A stretch of DNA of 64,000 nt from Albugo candida (taxonomy: Eukaryota): contig JBDOQK010000012.1 of assembly GCA_040437565.1 (NCBI GenBank), positions 434,001 through 498,000 of the forward strand. Direction: 5' to 3'. Every line of letters starts with the position of its first letter. Within the stretch, counting starts at the first letter, position 1. The position numbers and the translations under genes were made by a program. Positions 45,514 to 59,338 of the stretch are shown piece after piece. Under the pieces are notes generated by a model. The model searched no databases, was not told where the DNA came from, and saw only the letters and a list, made by a program, of their open reading frames with translations.

Positions 45514-48500
45514 TTATTCGTTTAGAAACAGTGCGACACCTGCGAGGATCCAACGGGAACGCTCACCAGAGATGGGCATTGCGACTTCGCAAAGTAGTTT
45601 TTCCCGATTGGGTGAATAGTATAATGGCACGTGTATCTGGTTTTCGGACATGATACGCTCCCCTGAACTGCCACGAACAAAAGCGATGTGACAGGGCGGA
45701 ACGAGAACCAGTTCGGGAGCATTAGAAATTGCTTCAAGCAGTACTTGACCCTCAAATGAAGCCCCTTGTAGCAGCAAATTTTTAAGCTCATACCACTTGA
45801 CGTCATCTTGTTTATTCTTTTCCCAGCATGATTGAAGGACCAGCGCATCCATTGAACACTGCAGCTCACGCGCGCTTTGCTGCCGTAACGCATTCAAAAA
45901 CGTGCTTGGATGGAGAAGCTCAGATAGATCGAGTTCTCTAAATAGTAATTTCCCGCTTTGTGATGCATTTTGCCATTCCATAAGCGATTTTCTCCGATTT
46001 GCAAGATGGAGAAGCCACATTTGCACGTTGTCACTACTCCCCTCCCACTTTGCACTCCATAGAGGAGGCACCACGCCTCTCAAAAGTGAGGTCGCGATAC
46101 TCTGAATCGCTGGTGTTAGCATTTCCGTCCCATATAATACTTTTTTCAAATTCGATAACGCCGAGTGGATCTGTTGCGTTAGATCTATTGCATACTCGTT
46201 TTCTAAGCTGACAAATGCGTCGACAGGTTCGAGTTGAGCAACCGCTGTTCCTTTACCGCTGTCACTACCTTCTGTACGAATATGTAAAGTCTTGCTACCA
46301 CTTGTGAGACTCGGATCTCCACTCAGTTCATTGCCAAAGCTATACGTCCACTTTGTCCAATTTTCTAAAATAGGACCCAGCAACTGACGCCATTTCTCGC
46401 GATCGAATGAACCCACACTTTGTTCATTGGACGAGAGAGCTTTCAGCTGTCCGATGACTTGGTCAGACATTGTGCGCTGTACGGAGCGCTCAATGTTGTC
46501 AGGTAATACAAAGACACCAGGTGAGTCACTGTCCGGTAGATGATCGATAATGTCCAAATATTCCGAGAGGTGCGTCGTCTGCGGTAGTTTGATCCCTCGA
46601 AGTAGCTGCTTCTTTCCGGCCAAGTACTCGGAATTGAAAAACTCTTGGATATAGCAGCGAAGAACACGAAGATCACACGGATTATCGATTCGTCCGCCAT
46701 AAATCGCATTGTCCATCAGCCCATGCAAGGAGAGCCAGTCGATTTCACTCGAGCTGCCCTCGTTCCTGTGAGATAGACTGGCAAGCTCGATGACATTCGA
46801 CCCGGCTCTGAAATCCCCATAAGAAAATTCATAGAATTTTGACCATCCTTGGGGAATATACGTCCGGCGTTCTTGTAAGATGGCATGAAAGTACGCTAGT
46901 AAGAACAAGAGTTGGGCTCGCTGGACCGATCCTCTTGCGATAAACTCAGGATTCCACAGCGCACAAGTCCCTTGTAAGTTTTTCTTCATACCTGGAGGCG
47001 ATTCGAATGTGCAGATAAGACTCTGCTCGATCAGAATCAGAGGGAATGCATCGTGGGGCTCTGTCGTGAGCCATAATCGAAATTTGTGGTGCGGTATCAG
47101 GCTGCTCAATTCTTTCTCAAGAACTGGTAGCCACGCAATGACAAGATGTAAATTCTGTAAACAGAGCCAGTCACCACGCTCTGCTGTTGTGCGAAGAAGT
47201 TGCAGAGCTTTTTCTTGCTGGCCACCACCCATCGCAAGCTCAAAGTAATGGTCTTTCCCGACAACAACTGAGGCTACTTCCTCCAATTCTTTGCCTGGAT
47301 CAGCTCCTAAAGTTGTAAGTAGTAAAATGGGAGTCGTATGTATTGCCTCCTCAGTACCAAGCATTCTGAAATCAAGCGGTGGAGGATTCAAAGACTTGAC
47401 ATTCATCACGCCGCATATAAAATGGATGATAGAGCTCTGAAGCCGATCGGGTCGTAGTGTCTGCACCACCAGCAGCTTTTGGAATGAAGAGAGCCCACTA
47501 GAATTCCCATCATTTCTATCGATTTTTGGATGAAAAGCCTGTTCACATTCGGGTGACTTGACCCAACGTAGCCACATATCAGTGTTTTCAAATTTGCATT
47601 GTTGCATCAATGTCGGAAAAGCGCTGGAAAATCGATTGAAGGCTTCTTTGCGCTCCGGTGGAGCCCAACTAGGGAAGGCCAGGTCTGATTTTTCGCTTTT
47701 CGATACTAAATTCCCACAAAAAAAATCGTATTCGTGCACCTCAAAGCATTCTGGATGCATTTCGTGGACAAGGTGCATTCCAAACATTGGACGATCATCT
47801 TTGAAAATGGCTCGGCCTACGTACAATAGAATCTTGTATTCCAAAATCGGCACCAAGCGAATTGTCCGTTCTTTAGCGCTGCTTGTGAATTCCATTTTGG
47901 CAGCCAGAGTTTCTTTGAAGATGGAAAGAAACGATGCCAATGAGAAGCGATACATATGATTCACAGCGCTCAACTGCTTGACTAGAAAGTATAATTTCGC
48001 TCCTTGTTGCGCAAAACCGCGATACATATCACGTTTTTCATCAAGCTCTTCCGACTTTTTACCTGAACGCTCTAGAGCCTGCTCAATTTCAGCACTGGTA
48101 GTCTTTGTCTTGGTCAGAGACTCGATTAGAATTGTATTCTCCAAGATGTCTCCCTCTGATGTTGCGAGCGCCTGAACGAGTTGCTTTTCCAGTAAAGCCA
48201 ATTGCAGTTTACATTCCTCTTCTTGTCGTAAAAGTTCCGACTTTTCTTGTTCAAGAGCAGGTTGTTCGTGCTGGATGGTAACACCAAGTAGTTGGCCTTG
48301 TAAACCCGACTTTGTGACGGTGAAGTTAACGACGTTGATGATTGCAAGTGCGTCAGGAGGCAGTGGTGGTGATGGATTCCGAGTCACGAGAATGAGTCGG
48401 AAATTCTCATTGTAATCAATCACTTTTTCACCAAGTGATACCACGAAGCGTGGTCCCTGACGCAGCAAATCTTTTCGAACGAGCGGGTAAAGGAACGGCT

Positions 48501-51500
48501 CCACAGAGTCAATTTCCAAAATGATTAGCGTCTTGCCAAAACGCACAGCCTGCTCCACAATGTTGACAAATCGAGCGTCCTGAGCATGGACCACAGTAAG
48601 TGGACGCGTGGTATCTTTTGCAAGCTCTGCGTGCAGCCATGTCGTACAGGCACCTGCGGGATCGATAATGAATGGACATTGTGACTCGCTAGAGTTTGAA
48701 ATGATAAGGGCATTTTCCATTGATAAAGTATCCGATGGTAAGCCAATTCCTTTCCAGGTCAGTAGCTCTGATTCCGTGCTAAGGAGACGCAAATAGTCAA
48801 AGCCCACTTGAGATTCTGCAACAAATTCCGTCATATCTTGCTCCCAAAATCGCACCATGTCTGCACGAGTGTCTTCCGAGCACTTTCCAAGAAAGGTTGT
48901 GTAGCCTGCAGCCAAAAGCATGCGTACAGGGAGAATCTGTAGACGATGCTCCAACTCTTTTACCTGTATGCTCCATCTTTGCTTCTCTCCACCCAACTTG
49001 CCAAGAAGACCTTGTGCTTTGTTCAGTGTATTCTCTGCCCTCTCCAAGCCAACTCGTAAGATTTCAGCTTCCTTGGTTTTCTCCGCGAATTGATTCTTCA
49101 TCAAATCCACTTTGCGATCGATAGTCTGTAGCTCCGTTTCACATTGAAGAAGTCTCTGTTGTGAACTCTCAAGAGACCGTTTTGCATCCGTAAGATCCGC
49201 TTCTAATGGCTCAATTTTGTTGAGCACGAGAGAGTACTTCATATTGGCCTTGACCCAGATTGCGAGAGGAGCTGCAGCCACAGAGACACGATAAATTGTG
49301 TCATTGTCAAAGGAGGAAGGTTTAGACTTGAGGAGTTTGGTCACTGCCTTAAAGATGTCTGCAGTGATTCTTCGTGCATCATAATTGAGAATATCGTCTT
49401 TAACACCGCGATTGCCCAGAAACTTTTTCATAGAGTTCCATGACGTGTCTTGGATACCAAGAAGCATCAATACCGCCGATAAGACGTCATGAATAGGCTC
49501 AGGGGGCATTTTGAGAGAGCGAATCTCATTCAGATTGTCACTCTTAATGTTCCCCACCGCTTCTTTTGCTGATTGTAAAATTGGATTGATCTCACTGAGC
49601 TCTGTTTCAATCTCTTTCTTACGCGCATTTGTAGCTTCTTCTGCTTTGGCCAGTTGTCGTGTCAGATCTTCCACTTCACGACGATTAATAGAAGCATGTT
49701 CCAGTGCATTTTTGATCTCATCCATCGCCTCATCTGCTGCGACCTGAGCGGCAATGAGTTCCTTCTTCTTTATAACTGCATTTTTACTGAGTGAGTCCAC
49801 AGTATCAGACGCTTCCACTAGTTTGGTAAGACCGCCTTTCAGGTGCTGAATCTCTTGTACTACTTGCTTGGAGTGCTTTTCACACAGTGTTCGCCAGCAC
49901 TGAAGAAAGCAAATGAGCTCTCTTGGCGTCGCATTATTCCCCACATTCTTGGAAGATTGAGACGATGAAGTGCGACATCTATCGTATATGGCGAGAAGAA
50001 GCTTCAAAACAGAGCTACTGAGCATCCCACCAAAATTGTCCGACTCGAGTAGGAGCATTTCAGGTACTCGATTAAGGCTACTGGGATTCCATTCTCCCAT
50101 CCACGCGATGGTGCATTTCGTATACAAAGCCGGATTGCTCTCACATCGTATAACAAAGTTGGGATGACGAGGATCCANNNNNNNNNNNNNNNNNNNNNNN
50201 NNNNNNNNNNNNNNNNNNNNNNNNNNNNNNNNNNNNNNNNNNNNNNNNNNNNNNNNNNNNNNNNNNNNNNNNNNNNNAACACTGAAGAAAGCAAATGAGC
50301 TCTCTTGGCGTCGCATTATTCCCCACATTCTTGGAAGATTGAGACGATGAAGTGCGACATCTATCGTATATGGCGAGAAGAAGCTTCAAAACAGAGCTAC
50401 TGAGCATCCCACCAAAATTGTCCGACTCGAGTAGGAGCATTTCAGGTACTCGATTAAGGCTACTGGGATTCCATTCTCCCATCCACGCGATGGTGCATTT
50501 CGTATACAAAGCCGGATTGCTCTCACATCGTATAACAAAGTTGGGATGACGAGGATCCATTGCGAGTACGACGTGTACGTATTGTCGGACGCGGGCTACA
50601 AAGAAGTCGTACACGGAGCGGTAAAAGGTGCTTCCGGATGAGGATTCTTCAAGCATTTTTTCTTTCAGAGAGGTGATTTGAGGCTCAATTTCTTCCTGTG
50701 TATACAGCCCAGGAACTTCACCTGCTGCGAGTAAGGAATTTATCGTCTCCAGAATGGAATCATCGTATTCCAAATGGTGATCCTCCATATAGATGACATA
50801 GTGCTGCCCTTCCACAGCAGCCTTGACGAGGATCATTTTGAGATTATTCCGAAAATTGGTCGCATTATAGAACCGAGTCAGACTTGGAGTAAAAAGCGTG
50901 TAGTGTAGCATGTGGGTCACGAGCGCTGTAGCTGTTCTTCTTCCCACTCCTGAGAGTCCAACGAGCAACAAAGAGCCGTTGTTTCTGGATAAGACGCGCT
51001 CTATGATCGCTACATGATCTAGTATTTCGTCGAAGAGGAGCATATGAAGCTCTTTCTCTTCCCGTTCGTACATTTGAATGCCTTGTGCAATCATGAGCTC
51101 ATACTCTTGACTCTCAATCCGTTGAAACAATTTGCTCGATACTGTCTCTGCTTCCGTCTTGTTACTGCTCTGATTTGTCATGAGCGACGTAAAGTACACA
51201 TCCTGTAACTTGATCGTATGCTTCCATTGTTGTTTGAGGATGCTTGACATGAGAGAATCAAACTTTAAAGCAGAATCGGAATCCACCAAACGATCTCGGA
51301 ACAGACGACGAGCTTCGTACGTGACAATATCGAGAATTTGATCGTTGGCAATGTCATATTGCCCGAGAGCAAAAACCCACTTTGTCAGATCTCGTGGAGT
51401 GAACAAGTAATGACGTTTCTCATCGACATTAAACTTTTGGCGTGTGGTATCCCAGATTTCAACGAGACTCTTTGCAAGACGCTCTCGTGAAGTACCTTCC

Positions 51501-54500
51501 AACCAAGTCGTTGCGGTTCCCACACGATCTGAAGTCAGCACAGCTTCAAGCAGGCTTGCGTACACAAGCTGCAATTCCTCAGTAGAAGGGTAGTCCATGG
51601 CAGCAACTTTCACTATCGCTGTAAATCTTGTGTTCAAAGGATGACGACCTACCGTCGTCGCTGCATTGATACTCGCAACAATCTGAATTTTGTCGATACC
51701 AAGAAACTCGAGATGCCGATCGTAGAATCCCTGAGATGTGATGAGCTGCTGGAGGAAGGCGATCAGCATACATGTTTCGTATTGATCAGGTTTGGGGAGA
51801 TTTATGTCCTTGAGATACAGCACCAGACGCTCACAATCTCGAGGACGATAGACACGCCCGCTTAGAGTTGAAAAAAGAGAGCATGATTGTGTGATTTTAT
51901 GAATGACATCATCGGCAGTTGTTTGGGCATTGCAATGAAGGACGGTTATGATAGCATTCTTCACACTTTTGAAAGCATGATGAATTATCATACTTTTGCC
52001 ACATCCTTCCGGGCCGACAAGAATAAAGGGTGACATCGTATTGACCCATGGAGCGATCGTATGCAATTGGCGCTGGACAGAGGCAGTCGGAACGACAGTG
52101 TCTATTGTATCAACTACTTTCATGTCTTTCAGATTCTCCTTTTGCAAGTCGACATAGCGAAAAAATGTGTCTTTGTTACAATACGAATCCAGAGGCGACG
52201 TATGCAGGTCGGGAGGACGCTCATTTGCCATCAGATACATTGATTTTGCAAAAGATGATCTGTCTGTAAGATTCAAATTGGCTCCCAGACCTCGTATCAT
52301 GGCACATACAAACTCTGCTCTGGTGGTCGCTGTAGCCACATGACTTAGTCCATTCCATATAATGCCTGCTAAAGTTGTAACGACGACTTGTTCGTACTTG
52401 ACAACTTCTTGTAGCGCTTTTGTAAAAAGCTCTTCAATCCAGATCTCTAGTTCTTCTTTTCTCTTCTTTTGTGTCGCCTCTATTGCTCCTGTTGGAGTCC
52501 CTTGAGCGAAAATCGATGGACTCTGTAACCATTTATGGACAAGTCGACTAGTTCCTGTGTCTTGATCTGACAAGTAGATCATCCCCATGCGAGATATCGT
52601 GGCAGGAGAAGCAAATTTGAGGTCGTGTGTTTCGAATAAGAAGTTCACATTTGCTGCAAAATTAATGCGCTCACCATTTGGTAGCGTCAAAAGGTGATTA
52701 TCGTCCAAAACGGAATTGAGCGACTCGATCCATTCAGGGTCCACATCTCCATCACAGACAATCCAAGATCGAATACTATCAGCTTCTTTAACGACTTGCC
52801 GTGCGGCTGCGGTAAGAACTCCGTCTGTCCATTCTCGGGTATCAAGATCCATGTAGCCAAGAAGACGTTCTCGGGGCATACTTTTGGGGTTCATCACATA
52901 AGTCTTGACAAGTTGACCACATTTGATCAAAGAAGCTTGCAAGGTCTGCCAAACCGCAGATTTCCCGCTTCCCGAGGGGCCAACGACGACACATCCCATG
53001 CGTTGGTCTAAGGACTCTTTCAATTGAAGCATTTTTCGGATCTGCATTTCATCGATCTGGAAGAAGAATGGTTTTTCGACCATCACTTGCCGAATTGCAA
53101 TTTCCAGTTCTCCACCAGATATGTCGGAAGAAATGCTACCAGGAAATACATCATTGATCAAGTCGAGGAATCGAACAGAGTCCACATATGTTAGCTTGGA
53201 CAATGTGTTGATCCGTACAGCTTTGATCAGAATTTCGGTTTCTTGAGACACAGATAGATGCTGCGAGATTGTATTTTCCTTTGACGAGAACCTTTGCTTT
53301 TCTCCTTGCAAAAGTTTCCCAGCAGTGTTCAATACTGCTTTCAATGCTCGAAGGCCCCAGTCATAATGCTGTTGTGGGGATAAAAGCTGATTAGACAGCT
53401 TATACAATGAAACGACTTTGGAAGCAATATCCTTGGCCTGAGTGAAACCTTCCGAATATAAAATGACCTCTGCAATGAGATTGTTGTCAGGAATACCCAT
53501 TGCAACAGGTCTGAAGAGCGCCTTCAGATTATTTGGAAGCTTGGAACGACCACCATACCCTTTTCCTGCGGGATTTAAGGTAACAAAAATTCCGGCATTT
53601 GAATCAACTTCGACCTGACGATTCAATAGCATGATACTACTTGTACGATCTTTGATAGCGTCTTGAATCACTTGAATTTGCTGCGAAATAGCTGATAACT
53701 GATCTTCCTTTAGACGGTTGAATTCGTCGAAGCATCCCCAGGCTCCAGACTTTACAAGACCAAGTAGAATTCTTCCCATAGACTGAAAATCGATCCCTTC
53801 ATCACAATTAAAGACCAAAACTTGACGGCCAAAGTATCCACCCAACGCTTTAACTGATTCTGTCTTACCGGTCCCAGCTGGGCCATAAGGATTACCTCCA
53901 AATCCCATGTTCATGCCCTGCGTGAGAGTCAGAAAGCATTTGTCCGTAAGAGGTGTGTGCACAAGTTTTGATGCGTTGCCTTGGTATTCGTACGTATAGT
54001 CGAACTCAGCATTGCTCATTGTGATAACGACTCCATCATCGACATCTCTCGTGCTTTGTTGGCGGTTTGATGATGATGCTTTCTTTCGGCTCAGACGGAG
54101 CTGCTTCTGCCAGCACCAAGTGTTGATCGAGTGGCAATTATCCAGGATCAGCTGATCGCAAATGTCCAAATGATGCACGATATCGAGAATCATGCTTTTT
54201 ATTTTCAGCTGTAAGAGCGATTCCGTTGTCAGGTCTAGACTTGACATTGACCGTAATGTCTCCTGCAACTGATCTTTGACATTCTTCATTGTTCCAGATG
54301 TCACAGCATGCTCAACTTGCTGACAAAACTTGATCTGGTGGGCGACACACATAACCTGAGAAGGATAGAGCTGGTAATCCAACGCATCTTTCTGTGTCGT
54401 ACATTCCAGAATCAAAAGCCGAATTGTACGCCGCATTTCAGCCGTAAACATCTGAAGCCACTCCTCTACTGCCTCTGTGACTTTGACAGGTTGATTCAAT

Positions 54501-57500
54501 TGCACATACTCGCTCGCAGAGCTCCACATTCCAATAATCTGATCTTGCGGAGGAGAGAACTCGACATGATGCACTCCTTGAAATAATTTTTTCAGATGGG
54601 ATTGAATGACGGCAGGATTTTGTGACTGACCCAATATCTCCAGTAAATCTTCATCACCCAAAAAGTAGAATCTTGGCATTCTTGAACGCTTCTCTTCTAA
54701 GAAATCAGAGAGCGCTTTTTGGCATCGTTCAAGCTGATCCATCATCATCGACAGTCTGTCGAGAAGTTGTGGAAATAGGCTATCATCAGCAAGATTGAAC
54801 AGCTTTGGGTCTTGTTCGATGATGCTCATAATTGTGGTGAACTCGTCGTCGACACGTCGAAAGCGAGATTGCTCCGAAGGTAGAGCACCTTTCGAAAAGA
54901 TAGGCTCAAGAAAAATCCATTTTCGCTGTATGATATTGAGCTGTGTGAGCGCTTGATCCAGTAACGCCATTTGTGTTTCGTACTGAGAAGCCTCTCCTTC
55001 AAAGGCCTTGAAAAATTGAGACTCTTTCAAAGAAGCAAGAAGCGACTGATTATCTCCCAGGGATAGCATGATTTCCTTCCAGTCTTTGATGATGAATATA
55101 TTGCGATTCTCGTGTTCGTGCTTTAGAAGCGATAAAGTCGCCGTCTCTGTCCACGCCCTCAATTCTCGCAAGGCATCGCGAATGGTGACTTCACCCTGAG
55201 CACGTGCGTGAAGGACTTTTACAAACTGGAGAAATGATGGTGCTTCCACAATTTCAAGCTTATCCAAAAAGTGCTTCACTGCAAGGTTCCGCTTGTCGAC
55301 ATCGCGAGGTAAATTCAGCTTACGGAACAACTGCGTCCAGTGATCGTCCTTGAACGGCTCTCCCCGACAGAGCTTTAGAGCTGGCATTGATCTTTTGATT
55401 TGCTGCATGTAATCCATGATATGCTCGTAAACTTCAGTCTCCTTCACAATCTTGTCGTGATTGTTTTTGACAAAGTCGGCCCATTTCTGAGCGCAATCTT
55501 GCAGAGCGAATATGTTGGCGCAAAATGCAAACCAGTCTTGCTCCGAAAAAGCTGATAGTTCAGTTCGGAAATCTTTGTAAGCTTTCCAAGTCATATACAG
55601 TGCTTCCATTTCATCATCCAAAGCTGTAAGCCCTTCAAAGTGAGGCTCGGAAAGTTCAAAGGATAGACTATTGCTAGTCAGATTTTTAGCTTGTTCTTTG
55701 AGTGTTGCCAATTTGTCTTTCCAATCTTCCATGACCATGAAAACATTTGTATCGAGCAACGTATAATCATCCCACCACTCCTTTGCGATTTCTAAAGGAC
55801 GAAGAGCTGTCCATCGTTGCTTGAATCGATCAATATCCATATTACAATTCACCACTTGACTTTTGACTTCGCCTTTCAGATTCTCTCGCTGATCTTGAAT
55901 CATGTCGTTGAAGGCTTCCAGTGAGATCTCAAAATTCTCCCACTGAGTCGGAATTTGGAGAAAACGCTGTTCCAAACTTGTCGTGTCCAAAGCGTAGCTC
56001 ATAGTTTGCAACGAGTCGGAGACATTGCCACCAAACGTCGACGCATATGAGCTGGAATTATATGATGACATAGTGGCCAATGTTTGCAACAGCAGTTGCT
56101 TCTTCGTTTCAGCGGCATGTAAGATTGCTTCGACCTCAGCCTTTCGTCCTTCAAGCACTTTCCACTCCGTCTGGGCTTGCGAAATCTCTTCGATAGAACG
56201 AGGTCGTGTGCTGAGACGCTGCAAGGCGCTCTCCAGAAAGTCTTCAACGTTCTCCAATTGTTGTGTCGTGCTCTTCTTCAGTGTGACAGCTAAAAGCTCT
56301 TGAAATTGCTGCATATATTGCTCAATTCCTTGCTTGAATGGTAGAAAAGAAACAGTTAAGCAATCAAGCTTGACAAAGTCTGGCACTTTCTCAACTTCCT
56401 TTCGTTTCGCCTTGAGCGTCTTGAAATTTGAATCCCAATCTTTCGGATCTTTCAATACTTGATCCATGATATCTTCTGCCTCGGTTGACACAGAGCTATT
56501 CGTCTCACCAGTATTAGGTGCCGCGATTCGCGTCAATATAGACCACGATTCATATTGAACTAGTAAGGCCTCCAGCCGAGTAAATAGACTTTCGCACGTC
56601 TCAAATACTCGAAGTAAATTATGAGCGTTGTTATCGCACATTTTCGAATACAACTGTGAATTGGTAAATCCTGTGAACTTATTAGGTCGAGAAATAAACT
56701 TCTTCATTGCCTTGTAGTACATGGATCGTAAATCCTCGATTGGAGGCTTCAATAATAGCGTGAACGTGCTGCTTTGAGGTGATGGAAGGTACACTTCCGT
56801 CCGAATTTCTTTGATTTCGGGAAGATTCTCGTTGAGCATTTCCAATCCAATTTGATACCCTGCCTCCAGTACTTTGTAAATCTGATGGTCCCAGAATAAA
56901 AACCACTTTTTTGTTGATGTCGAGGTATCTGGAGTCAACGCTTTTGACCTTGTACTCGAAATGGCATACTTTTTCATTTCATCCCATTTATCTTTCCATC
57001 TAGAGGGATACCGTAACAAATCAATGTCCATCAGAATTAAGGAGTCCTCTGCAAGTTTGTCATGAATTCGGCGTAGACGACGATTATCGTTCGCGAGTTT
57101 GTCGGCGGCATCTTGTAGCTGCTTGACGAAAATCTCACATTCTTCTAAATTCTGCCAAGTGACTTCATTCTTGCTAGAATTTGTTGTATGCATATTTGTT
57201 TGCTGAACAACGTTTTCAAACGCAAGCAGAGATTCCAATAGCATCGGTTTTTGCTCCTCAATTATGGAACTCTCTAAGCTGTTGTAAAAGTTGGCTACTT
57301 TTTTGAGCATCACACCAAAACGGTAATATTTCTCGGCCTCTGTAGCAATTTGACGGATACGAGTTGGGATCCATCCATTCCCGCTTAAAAGTACATCGGT
57401 TCCCTTGCTGAGTGTGACGTCATCTTCAGCAAAGCTTCTACGTGATTGAGTCCACGACCGATATAGCAGAGCGTGCTGCATGCCGATTTCACTGAGTTGA

Positions 57501-59338
57501 CGAACATCACGAAGCAGTGTCACCAGAAACTCGCTGTAATTGACAATCAGCTCGCCTTTTTTGTCCACCTCCATCAATCTTCCACTGAGACGTAACGAAG
57601 TGTCACTCTCAGTGTCTAGCTCGTGTTCTACATCCTCCTGCCACGTGCGAACGCTGTCAAGTACGAGTGCATGTAATCTCGACATCAATTGATCAGCACG
57701 ATGGGTAAATCCTCCGTAATTTGCCAAATCCGACATCACTTTCGACACAGATTGCAGCATTTCGAACACCCGGCCAGAAAGCATGTGACCCCACATAATC
57801 AGATTGACTTTATCGCTGAGATTTTTCCCGAGATGCATTTTGTGACCATTTGTGTTATGCGATTGCCGTGAGTCGAAATCTTTCTCAACTTGGTCCAGAT
57901 GAAGAAGGATTTGAGCCAGAATCGCCTCTCGTTCATTTAAAAGCATTTTTGCGATATACGGGCGGCACAAAAGCTGGCGATATCGTTGGAGGATACGGAT
58001 TGTAGCAGTAGGTTTGTTTGTAATTGACGCTAGTTCATCTTTGAGATTTTTTCCGGCTTCCACCTCAAGAGGTCCTAGTTGGGCTTCGAATTCCTTCACT
58101 GCTTGCTTCCATAGCGTATCGGTGTATATATTGTAGTAGAGCGGTTTGATATTTCGAAACGGCGCAAAATAACGCGCTCTTTGTTCGTCCCCATTCAATT
58201 GTCTGTGGGATGAGAACTTTTGTAATTCCTCAAAGATCATTCGAACACGGATGATTTCTTCCATTCGGTGGCACAAAGCAACTAGGAATTCATCTTTTGC
58301 ACTCTTCTTGCCTCGCCAAGTATGCTCATCACAAGAAGGCCATATCGTACCGGTCAATTGCTCGATACTGTTTGTCCATTTCTCACAGAGACAAATTCCT
58401 TCCTGCAAAAGCTCTACGACATCGTGAAGGGGTGAATTCCAAACATTCCATGCTTTGAACTTTTCAATGATGTAATTATTGATGGCATGTGACACGAGGT
58501 CTAGAAGATGCTCCATCCGTGTCTGGCTGTACTGCTGTTCTTGAGAAAGATCGGCTCGCCAAACGTCATCCAAACTATTTAACGTGTCTTCCAGGAGATC
58601 GTGCATCTCACTGACGTCTAACGTGGACAGGTTTGCATATCGCTGGTGTATCGCATCAAATGCAACGGAAAACTTTTTCGCTCGCTTGTATTGCCGTGGA
58701 TTGTCGCTCTTATCCCAATACGCAAACTCATCAGTAATTCGAACAATAGAAATCAATGAAGCTTTATCTTCTTCTTCGAGTGACTTGGATGATGACAGCT
58801 TGGAATGCTTTGTGGACTCTGACATGAGCATTGAATGAGCCAATCCAGTGTTGAGATCAGCCAGGATATCTTTGAGGTTCTGAGATATTTGACTCGATAA
58901 GGCATCATTCTGAAGGAAGAGCGGAGCATAGATATTATGGATAGTCTGATACAAGCTCTGTAGAGGTGGATCGGTGATCGTAATTATTTGAATGCTTTGA
59001 CGGATTGTGTTCGGGTACAGCGGTTTCGCTTTTGTTTTGATGAAAACAGCCTCGTGTCTTGGCACTTGTGAAAAGCCTAATTGATTTGAAAGCATCACAA
59101 TTCTGTCCTTCGGTATATGGGCTTCTGATTTAGCATCCTGTTCGTCAGCAAAACCAGACGATGGAGTATAAGCTTGCAACAACACACAATCTGCATCATC
59201 TAAAAAGCTTCCCAATGCGTTTTGAGTAGCCTCCTCCGCATCCAAGTCTGTCTGCTGACCCCATACACATTTGAGCAATGCAGTGATATATTCACGTCGT
59301 TCATCGGTGAATTCGGGCTCAGGATTCACTGAGGTCAT
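45514..59338 (-). CDS. DYNC2H1: Cytoplasmic dynein-2 (IFT dynein) heavy chain, intronless, ~4480 aa after collapsing the gap duplication
   Basis: P-loops GGNPYGPAGTGKTESVKALG, VGPSGSGKS, VGPEGCGKS, GLSGVGRR; WGCFDEFNRL, QQHYDWGLRALK, CDGDVDPEWIESLNSVLDDN; stalk SWNSMKKFLGNRGVK. Removing 382 bp (gap plus duplicate) leaves 13443 nt = 4481 codons in one frame. Confidence 0.95.
49896..50559. repeat. Gap-flanking direct duplication 49896-50177 / 50278-50559 inside the dynein gene (probable artefact)
   Basis: Offset 382 around the N-run 50178-50277; one difference seen (49897 G vs 50279 A). Confidence 0.85.

Noticed and set aside
50141-50328. Dynein split into two genes or frameshifted
   Set aside because: Collapsing the gap plus the 282-bp duplicate gives one uninterrupted frame.
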